A DNA stretch of 17,786 nucleotides, from contig NIVC01003774.1 of the NCBI GenBank assembly GCA_002269645.1, positions 59,665 to 77,450 of the forward strand, in the 5' to 3' direction. This stretch comes from Macrostomum lignano (lineage: Eukaryota). Position 1 is the first letter of the stretch. Each line of letters opens with the position of its first letter. Below are positions 8,125 through 17,054 of the stretch, one piece after another. The notes under the pieces are model-generated. The model had not been told where the DNA came from, did not search any database, and saw only the letters and a list, made by a program, of their open reading frames with translations. Made by a program: the position numbers and the translations under genes.

Positions 8125-11100
8125 GTGAGGCTTAGTTTAGGGGACAGGCTGAGGTTTAGTTTAGGGAAGAGGCTGAGGTTTAGTTTAGGGCAGAGGCTGA
8201 GGCTTAGTTTAGGGGGACAGGCTGAGGTTTAGTTTAGGGCAGAGGCTGAGGCTTAGTTTAGGGGGACAGGCTGAGGTTTAGTTTAGGGCAGAGGCTGAGG
8301 CTTAGTTTAGGGGGACAGGCTGAGGTTTAGTTTAGGGCAGAGGCTGAGGCTTAGTTTAGGGGGACAGGCTGAGGTTTAGTTTAGGGCAGAGGCTGAGGCT
8401 TAGTTTACGGGGACAGGCTGAGGTTTAGTTTAGGGCAGAGGCTGAGGCTTAGTTTAGGGGGACAGGCTGAGGTTTAGTTTAGGGCAGAGGCTGAGGCTTA
8501 GTTTAGGGGGACAGGCTGAGGTTTAGTTTAGGGCAGAGGCTGAGGCTTAGTTTACGGGGACAGGCTGAGGTTTAGTTTAGGGCAGAGGCTGAGGCTTAGT
8601 TTAGGGGGACAGGCTGAGGTTTAGTTTAGGGCAGAGGCTGAGGCTTAGTTTAGGGGGACAGGCTGAGGTTTAGTTTAGGGCAGAGGCTGAGGCTTAGTTT
8701 AGGGGGACAGGCTGAGGTTTAGTTTAGGGCAGAGGCTGAGGCTTAGTTTAGGGGAGTGGCTGAGGCTTAGTTTAGGGGGACAGGCTGAGGTTTAGTTTAG
8801 GGCAGAGGCTGAGGCTTAGTTTAGGGGAGTGGCTGAGGCTTAGTTTAGGGGACAGGCTGAAGTTTAGTTTAGGGCAGAGGCTGAGGCTTAGTTTAGGGGG
8901 ACAGGCTGAGGTTTAGTTTAGGGGCAGGCTGAGGTTTAGTTTAAGGGGGAGGCTGAGGCTTAGTTTAGGGGGCAGGCTTAAGCTTAGTTTAGGCCCAGTG
9001 GGGAAGGCTGCGGCTTAGTTAAGGCCCAGTGGGGAAGGCTGAGGCTTACTCTAAATGAACAAGCTCAGTCGAAAATTAAAAAGCCTGTAACTTTGAGTGG
9101 TTTTGGTTGATGAATTTCTACATCAACATCCCGGCAGGTTCACCCTACCGCCACTGGATCTGCACCCCCTGGAGGAGGAGATCTGGGCGGCGGCCCGGGA
9201 AGGTCGCGCCTCCGCCGTCCAGGTGCGCGGCATCATCGAAGATCTTCGAAACCAGGGCGCCAGCATCACGGGTAGGTCGCAGCGGCTGCTAGCACTGCAC
9301 CCCGACCAGCTGCAGGAATTCGTTGAGGCCTACAAAACCGCCCCTCTCCGCCGGCTGAGCGTGGTGACCGCCTTGGACACGTTAAAGAAGTCGCACAGCG
9401 AGGAGGACGCGATCAGCTGCTTGGTGATGGGCACTGAGGCCTGCCAGGTGCAGGTGCTGGATCCGCAGGCCTTCACTGTGCTGGCTAAAATGCAGCTGCC
9501 CTCGCCTCCCGTGTTTCTGTGCTCATCTGGCCTGTTTGATGTGGACTATCGGATTGTGGCCGCCTGCCGGGACGGCGTCATCTATCAGCTGCGGCGGGGC
9601 GCCAAGGAGGCCACACAGGGTATGCTGGCCTGGGAAATCTGGCTTGGGGAATCTGTTGGTAGCCATGGGAATCTTTGTTGGCAACCAGAGGAATCTTTGT
9701 TGGCAGTCCGGGGAATCTTTGTTGGTAGCCAGAGGAATCTTTGTTGGCAGCCAGAGGAATCTTTGTTGGCAGTCTGGGGAATCTTTGTTGGCAGCCAGGG
9801 CAATCTTTGTTGGCAGCCAGAGGATCTTTGTTGGCAGCCCGGGAATCCTTATTGACAGCCTTGGGAATCTTTGTTGGGCAAGTTACGAGCGTAATTGCAT
9901 AGTAACGAACACCCCCTCTCTGATACCCGTGCCCCAGGCATCAGACTGCGCGCCTCAGCCGTAGGCATGATCAGGGTTGACAAGCACATAGTCGTGGCCA
10001 CCATGGACAGGCAGCTATCGGGCTACTCAACCAAGGGCAAAGAGCTCTGGCGCGCCGCCCTGCCCGCCGGTGTCACCGCCCTGGCGCCGCTCAGCCTGCC
10101 ATCCAAAGGCTTCAACGCTGCTTTAGTAGCCATGGATAACAATACCGTGTGTGTGTACAAGGACAAACTCGAGGTAGACAGATTAGTCACCGAGGACGTT
10201 GTCACGGGGATTCGATTCGGTCGCTACGGACGCGAAGAGGCCACCCTAGTTACCGTGGGCAGATCCGGCGGCTTGGCAATCTACATTCTGAAGCGCAGCG
10301 CCAAATTCGTTGATGGCGCCGGCGGAGTGGGCGGCCCGCCAGCCAAGCAGTTCAGCCGGCTGCCGCTGCCCAAGAAGACTCGCCTATTCGTTGATCAGAC
10401 GCTGCGCGAACGCGACTGCGCCGTGTCGATGCATCGACAATTTCTGCACGACCTCTACAGGCTGCGGCTGATGACGGCAGAGAACTACGTGCAGGCGTTG
10501 GAGACCAAGGCCACGCCAATCAGCGCCAGCAAGGAGGACCCGGTTAAGCTGGCTTGCACTGTGCAAGGCGTCGGCCCCGTGTTCAGGCTGACTGTTGGCC
10601 TGCAGAATGCCAGCCTCACCACCGCTATTGCCGGGCTGGGCATCTCGTTTGCCTACGATGGACTGCTGTATAGGCTGGAGAAGGTCTACATTCCTGTGAG
10701 CTCTCTGCCTGAGTGTGTCCTTCCTGTGTAGCACCCGAGTATCTCCTTAGCTGTCCCTAAGTATGTCATAAGTAGCCATTGACTATCTCCTGTGTAGTAC
10801 TTGAGTATCTCCTAATAGTCTGAGTATTCTATAAAGAGTCCTCGAGTTTATCCCGAATAGTCCTTAAGTATCTCACAAGTAGCCCTAGAGTCTCATTAGT
10901 TGTTGAGTATCTTAAATAATCTTGAGTGCATTATTGTCTTTAAAATTCTCATTAGAACTCTCACTAGTCTACAAGAAACTGAATTCCCAATCAAGTGTCT
11001 CACCGAACGCTGCCGAAAACTGTTTCAGGTACCCTACCTGGTGCCCGGATTAACCTACAACTTCTCAACCATAGTGGAATGCCTGACAGACAAAGGCATA

Positions 11101-11199
11101 GCTGACGCAATCAAGGTGTACATATTGAAGCGGGACAACGATTCGCCGCTAGTCACTGGCGTTGTCAATATGCCGGTCAGCGAGTCATTTGTTGTGTGA
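7712..11199 (+). CDS. BBS1: Bardet-Biedl syndrome 1 protein (BBSome subunit), 4 exons: join(7712..8124,9138..9619,9938..10695,11029..11199), 1824 nt, 607 aa
   Basis: Recognisable BBS1 motifs: KWL..[147 protein letters not shown]. All three introns are GT-AG and phase-compatible; total length is divisible by 3. Confidence 0.96.
8125..9050. repeat. G-rich minisatellite, 49-bp dimer (24+25 bp; GAGGTTTAGTTTAGGGCAGAGGCT / GAGGCTTAGTTTAGGGGGACAGGCT), in BBS1 intron 1
   Basis: Period 49 (GCTGAGGTTT at 8221 and 8270); about 37 monomers; degenerates at the 3' end. Confidence 0.95.
9138..9619 (+). CDS. BBS1: BBS1 exon 2
   Basis: Acceptor CATCCCGGCAG| at 9137 gives R-F-T-L-P; donor CAG G|GTATGC at 9620 (phase 1). 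Confidence 0.93.
9645..9885. repeat. Minisatellite, ~22-bp unit GGAATCTTTGTTGGCAGCCAGA, in BBS1 intron 2
   Basis: About 11 copies with 20-22 bp variants. Confidence 0.9.
9938..10695 (+). CDS. BBS1: BBS1 exon 3
   Basis: Acceptor CGTGCCCCAG| at 9937 gives G-I-R-L-R-A-S-A-V-G; donor CCT|GTGAGC at 10696 (phase 0). Confidence 0.93.
10715..10930. repeat. Old, decayed minisatellite (~20-22 bp, core GAGTATCTC...TAGTC) in BBS1 intron 3
   Basis: Recurrent GAGTATCTCC / AAGTATCTC / GAGTATCTT / GACTATCTCC cores at roughly regular spacing, and CCTGTGTAG twice. Confidence 0.55.
11029..11199 (+). CDS. BBS1: BBS1 exon 4 (terminal)
   Basis: Acceptor CTGTTTCAG| at 11028; VPYLVPGL...SESFVV TGA. Confidence 0.93.
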   Translation, partial: [56 protein letters not shown]

Positions 11200-11311
11200 C
11201 CGACCGGCGGCGGAGTTTAAACTGTACTCGAGTTTTTTTACATTGGCTGAACCCTTCCTTCCTGATAGGCCGTCCGAACATATGGTCTACGTGTACACCC
11301 TTTTATCCAAA

Positions 11312-13276
11312 CTGTCTAAGCCTCCCGAAGAGCCTGTCTAAGCCTCCTTGAAGAGCCTGTCTAAGCCTCATTGAAGAGCCTGTCTAAGCCTCCTTGAAGA
11401 GCCTGTCTAAGCCTCATTGAAGAGCCTGTCTAAGCCTCCTTGAAGAGCCTGTCTAAGCCTCATTGAAGAGCCTGTCTAAGCCTCATTGAAGAGCCTGTCT
11501 AAGCCTCATTGAAGAGCCTGTCTAAGCCTCCTTGAAGAGCCTGTCTAAGCCTCCTTGAAGAGCCTGTCTAAGCCTCATTGAAGAGCCTGTCTAAGCCTCC
11601 TTGAAGAGCCTGTCTAAGCCTCCTTGAAGAGCCTGTCTAAGCCTCCTTGAAGAGCCTGTCTAAGCCTCCTTGAAGAGCCTGTCCAAGCCTCATTGAAGAG
11701 CCTGTCTAAGCCTCATTGAAGAGCCTGTCTAAGCCTCATTGAAGAGCCTGTCTAAGCCTCATTGAAGAGCCTGTCTAAGCCTCATTGAAGAACCTGTCTA
11801 GGCCTCCCTGAAGAGCCTGTCTAAGCCTCAATAAAGAGCCCGTCTTAGTCTAAGCCTCATTGAAGAGCCTGTCTAAGCCTCATTGAAGAGCCTGTCTAAG
11901 CCTCATTGAAGAGCCTGTCTAAGCCTCATTGAAGAGCCTGTCTAAGCCTCATTGAAGAGCCTGTCTAAGCCTCCTTGAAGAGCCTGTTTAAGCCTCCTTG
12001 AAGAGCCTGTCTAAGCCTCATTGAAGAGCCTGTCTAAGCCTCATTGAAGAGCCTGTCTAAGCCTCATTGAAGAGCCTGTCTAAGCCTCATTGAAGAGCCT
12101 GTCTAAGCCTCATTGAAGAGCCTGTCTAAGCCTCATTGAAGAGCCTGTCTAAGCCTCCTTGAAGAACCTGTCTAGGCCTCCCTGAAGAGCCTGTCTAAGC
12201 CTCATTGAAGAACCTGTCTAAGCCTCATTGAAGAGCCTGTCTAAGCCTCATTGAAGAGCCTGTCTAAGCCTCATTGAAGAGCCTGTCTAAGCCTCCTTGA
12301 AGAGCCTGTCTAAGCCTCCTTGAAGAGCCTGTCTAAGCCTCATTGAAGAGCCTGTCTAAGCCTCCTTGAAGAGCCTGTCTAAGCCTCCTTGAAGAGCCTG
12401 TCTAAGCCTCCTTGAAGAGCCTGTCTAAGCCTCCTTGAAGAGCCTGTCCAAGCCTCATTGAAGAGCCTGTCTAAGCCTCATTGAAGAGCCTGTCTAAGCC
12501 TCATTGAAGAGCCTGTCTAAGCCTCATTGAAGAGCCTGTCTAAGCCTCATTGAAGAACCTGTCTAGGCCTCCCTGAAGAGCCTGTCTAAGCCTCAATAAA
12601 GAGCCCGTCTTAGTCTAAGCCTCATTGAAGAGCCTGTCTAAGCCTCATTGAAGAGCCTGTCTAAGCCTCATTGAAGAGCCTGTCTAAGCCTCATTGAAGA
12701 GCCTGTCTAAGCCTCATTGAAGAGCCTGTCTAAGCCTCCTTGAAGAGCCTGTTTAAGCCTCCTTGAAGAGCCTGTCTAAGCCTCATTGAAGAGCCTGTCT
12801 AAGCCTCATTGAAGAGCCTGTCTAAGCCTCATTGAAGAGCCTGTCTAAGCCTCATTGAAGAGCCTGTCTAAGCCTCATTGAAGAGCCTGTCTAAGCCTCA
12901 TTGAAGAGCCTGTCTAAGCCTCCTTGAAGAACCTGTCTAGGCCTCCCTGAAGAGCCTGTCTAAGCCTCATTGAAGAACCTGTCTAGGCCTCCCTGAAGAG
13001 CCTGTCTAAGCCTCATTGAAGAACCTGTCTAGGCCTCCCTGAAGAGCCTGTCTAAGCCTCATTGAAGAACCTGTCTAGGCCTCCCTGAAGAGCCTGTCTA
13101 AGCCTCATTGAAGAACCTGTCTAGGCCTCCCTGAAGAGCCTGTCTAAGCCTCATTGAAGAACCTGTCTAGGCCTCCCTGAAGAGCCTGTCTAAGCCTCAT
13201 TGAAGAACCTGTCTAGGCCTCCCTGAAGAGCCTGTCTAAGCCTCAATAAAGAGCCCGTCTTAGTCTAAGCCTCCCT
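11312..13276. repeat. Minisatellite, 23-bp unit CTGTCTAAGCCTC(A/C)TTGAAGAGC, with a 765-bp higher-order duplication, between convergent BBS1 and FBXL4
   Basis: About 85 copies. Rare variants recur exactly 765 bp apart (11681/12446, 11826/12591, 11986/12751). Confidence 0.97.
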
Positions 13277-14364
13277 AAACGCCCAATTTACCGGGAACTC
13301 TTACAATGGAAAAAAAAAATTTGCTCTGTAGTAACAACGGATACTTTTATAAGAAATCCCAAGGCGAAACAGGTTGATCAAATTTACTTTGTCTGCACAT
13401 TTTCTCAATGTTTTTACGATGTTATGCACAGATTGTGAACATTTTCAACATTGAACAAGCATTCCTCTGTTCCTGTACTCAAAATACTTTGCTCTATTAT
13501 TCTATTCGAAATTTTTATCACCATGAGCTGTGATTTGTGTCCAAAAAATTTCTCAGATTCTTTTAAAAGATAAAAATGCACTTTTTGCGTCTGTATCCGT
13601 CCCTTTTGCAACTACATAAACTATATCGTAGTAACTATAAGATAGAAATGACAAAAACTGTTGGAACCAAGAAAGGTGTTAAACTATAGGAACAGAAGAG
13701 AAAAGCCTTGATGAAATTTGTTTATTTATCTTGTGTACCACTAGAGGGTTGCTAATTGTGTAATAAAACACAAAAAGGTTAATCAAGTTATCTATGTTTT
13801 GTAATGGCTATGCAAACATTTCAACCGAGAAGAGTTTGATGTTGTTAGAACTAAATTTCAAACAAAAAACATATATATTAGGGGGAAAATAATGCGCATC
13901 TATATATAGCCAGTTTATCCGCTGATAAAGTCATCAGTCATCAGTTGCTACTTGTGGAAACACGCCTTTACAATGAGAATTTTATATCCAACAGAATATA
14001 CTCAGAACGCTCAATATTGCCTTTTTGCATACTAATTATGTTTTTAACTAGTAGCTATCCTCATCTTGAAGAAAACATTAATTAGGCATAGCCGTCAGGA
14101 ACTACTGAGAGATTTCACAGAGCAAGTAGGCTGTGTGAATTTTAATTCTTTTTGTAGTATAAACCATTATTGAGCATTAAGTGTATATTCTGTCTTGTAG
14201 CTCGTATTTCAAACTGGATAAACAAGGAAAAATGTTATTGTTCAAGACGCCTGGAAAGTATTCGAATTCTACTTACCATTTTTTACTTTTTAAAAACTAA
14301 TTTGTTTATATCAAATGGGCAAATTTGTCCCTACACCAGATACACTGAATCGGCCCCCAAAACC

Positions 14365-16511
14365 CTAGGCCCGAACCATGCAGCTCTCGGCCTGAAAGCT
14401 CATCTGGATTGAGCAGTGCGGAAACGAATGCCGCATCTGGTGCACCTTGTCCTTGTTGATGCCGCGCAGAAACTGACGTCGAACAGCTCCAGCTTCGGGC
14501 AGGACTGCAGCACCTCGATCAGGATGTTGAATGTCACCTGGTTGGTGCCGAGAATGTCCAGCTGCTGCAGCTGCTTGCAGTGCAGGGCTATGGCCTTCAG
14601 GTCCGTGTCGCATACCGTTCTGCGGAGAGTAGGCGGATGGCTGAGATCTGGGGAGAGAATAAGGGCGGGTAGGGTGAGATCTGGGGAGAGAAAAGGGGCG
14701 GGTAGGGTGAGATTTAGGGAGAGAATAAGGGCGGGTAGGGTGAGATTTGGGGAGAGAATAAGGGCGGGTAGGGTGAGATCTGGGGAGAGAAAAGGGGCGG
14801 TAGGGTGAGATTTGGGGAGAGAATAAGGGCGGGTAGGGTGAGATCTGGGGAGAGAAAAGGGGCGGGTAGGGTGAGATTTGGGGAGAGAATAAGGGCGGGT
14901 AGGGTGAGATTTGGGGAGAGAATAAGGGCGGGTAGGGTGAGATCTGGGGAGAGAATAAGGGCGGGTAGGGTGAGATCTGGGGAGAGAAGGGTAGATAAAA
15001 ACAAAGGAGAAACTAACAGAGACGCAGTTCAGCAAGACTGACCTATTAGCGGTGAGAAAAAGCTTGCGCAGATTGCAGCACTGGCTGGCGAGGCGCAGGA
15101 AGCAGCCGGAGCTGGACTCCACCCGGGAGCACCAGCCCAGGTCGAGCTCCTCCAGCATAGCGCAGCCCTCGGCCAGCTGCAGGAGTCCGCGGCTGCTTAA
15201 ACTGCCGCTGCGCCAGAAGTCACGGATCGCAGATTCGGACAATGGCGGGCCAGCGCCTCGGCCACCGGATTGAAGTCGGCTACGCGAGCGCAGGAGCTCA
15301 GGCGGAGACGCAGTAGGCCAGGATTAGCAGCGATAATATCGAGCAGGGCGGCCTGGCCAACACCGGAGCGGCTCAGGTCGAGTCGTTCAAGGCGAGTGAG
15401 GCCGACAGACAGAGAGGCGAAGCCGGACTCGGTGGCCGGCGAGGCGCAGCCCGAGAGATCCAAATCTGGGTGGGGGATAAACGGAGTGATTGCAGAAACT
15501 AATAAGATGGCGAGGCATCGCACTATTTAAATACATAAATAGTTACTCGCGCCGTAACCCACTTTTAAATATTGATTTTCTAGGGTTATAGCAGCGAATA
15601 TTTCGGTTTAAAACCCAACCAACTTGGCCACAAGCCTACTTACTTTCCTTCTTATCTACTTAAAGCAGAACGCATCAAAAGCAAAACAGCTTCACAAAAA
15701 GCTTACCAGTCAGAGAGCGACAGTGCGACCCGATAGCGGCTAGGCAGGCGTCGTCAAGAAATTTACAATTGGCCAAACGCAAATCGGTGAGCAAACAGGT
15801 GCCTAGCAACAGGCGGCAGAAGGAGCCGGGGCTGATGGCGCCGTCAGTGCCGCACCAGGACATGTCAAGTCCAGTCAGGCAGCCGGTGCGATGCTCCAGC
15901 ACAGACAGGCTGGCGTCGCACACCCGGATGGAGTGCGGGCGAAGCCGGAGCTCCGTGTACAGCAGGGGGTCGCGGCAGTGGCGCTGGAGCAGCCGGCAGG
16001 TGTTGCCAAGGCGCAGCAGGGAGAGCAGGTCCAGGCGGCCCAGGATTCGAAGCAGCAGCTCGGGCGGGCAGGCGCCGAACCAGCCTGCGGATTCGTGCTC
16101 GGCGGCCGCTTCTGTGGCAGCGGCGGTATCCACACAATCTGTCATTGTTGTTAATTGCTGCTTCCGAAAGCAGATAATGATAATAGAGCAGAATTCGTCG
16201 GATTAATATTCGATGTTGATTAATACTCTTCTGTTCGAGTTGCTGTTCCGCGAACTTTGGCTTGCTGCCAAAATATTGGCGGTCTGTCGAAAATTCGACA
16301 GCTGCTAGGTTAACAGGCAGTATGCATGTTGCTGCTTCTAGTTGCTTTTGCTGCTGCGGCTGCTTTTGAGGCTGCTGCTGCGGCAATAGCTGCTGTTGCT
16401 GGCGCTTGCTGTTATTGAGATGATGGCACTGCGCCTCTTGGCCAGCTTCTGCCTCGGCTTGGGACCAGTGCTGGGTGCTGCACAGCTGGTCTTGGCTACT
16501 GAGTTGGCGGG
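14365..16511 (-). CDS. FBXL4: F-box/LRR-repeat protein 4 (FBXL4), 3' part, with two apparent 1-bp deletions (error or pseudogene). Exons 16511..16227 (tentative), 16138..15707, 15465..15043, 14619..14365; 5' exons not found in the window
   Basis: F-box [43 protein letters not shown] and LRRs [52 protein letters not shown] match recalled FBXL4 ([52 protein letters not shown]). Introns 15706..15466 (G|GTAAGC...CCCACCCAG) and 15042..14620 (AG|GTCAGT...CTCCGCAG) are phase-compatible. Intron 16226..16139 (A|GTATTA...GACAG) is phase-compatible but less certain. Confidence 0.88.
14643..14990. repeat. 33-bp G-rich minisatellite GAGAT(C/T)TGGGGAGAGAATAAGGGCGGGTAGGGT in the last FBXL4 intron
   Basis: 11 units starting at 14643, 14676, 14709, 14742, 14775 (32 bp), 14807, 14840, 14873, 14906, 14939 and 14972 (partial). 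Confidence 0.95.
16335..16415 (-). repeat. CAG-rich polyglutamine-coding tract in the tentative FBXL4 exon
   Basis: [21 protein letters not shown] in ORF 15865..16635. Confidence 0.6.
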
Positions 16512-17054
16512 CTGCAGGTGCAATAAAAAAAACAGTAAAATAATTTAATATATGAGCCTTACATGTGTATATTATATATGGTATACATTTATGCTTTGAT
16601 TGAAATTTAAATATAATAAAGCCTTTATATTGCAAATCAACTTCTAATAATAATAAACTTCTAGTTGTTTAGCAGCTCAGCTATTTATAGAAGAAATAAA
16701 AACTAAATTTATGGATTTTTATAATAGATAATTTTTTTAAAATTTATGTACTTTGTGCTTTAAAAAACTGGCAATTCTTTAATACCTACCAATAAATTCA
16801 AATATATATTTTAACTAAAAAGAATTTTTAAGTAAATTTATTGTTATTAAGTAAATTTTTTGTTAATACGACAAAAAATGGTTTATTGATAGGTATGAAA
16901 TCAATTTCATCATTTATTATAGCCTATAGTGGTCTTATAATATAAGACTAAAAAAGTAAAATAGAGAAAAAATCAGCATAGTTCTTGTTTGCTACAATAA
17001 ATTATTTTAATAATTTTTCTTTACTTTTAGCCTAACTGGTGAATTTTTAACCAG

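Noticed and set aside
9620-11028. BBS1 introns 2 (318 nt) and 3 (333 nt) as in-frame retained exitrons
   Set aside because: Both lengths are multiples of 3, but each has an in-frame stop (9853-9855; 10729-10731).
13414-14412. ORFs 13414..13611 (-) and 14170..14412 (+) as genes
   Set aside because: AT-rich, unlike the GC-rich real exons; no recognisable motif or supporting splice structure.
14461-15225. Programmed ribosomal frameshifting or insertional RNA editing to explain the FBXL4 frame breaks
   Set aside because: No slippery heptamer or obvious stimulatory structure at either site; both fit collapsed 2-nt homopolymers; sequencing error or pseudogenisation is simpler.
14416-16206. + strand ORFs antisense to FBXL4 (and - strand ORFs within ATP6V0B and BBS1 exons)
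   Set aside because: Shadow ORFs of GC-rich coding sequence and of the 33-bp repeat; no recognisable domains.
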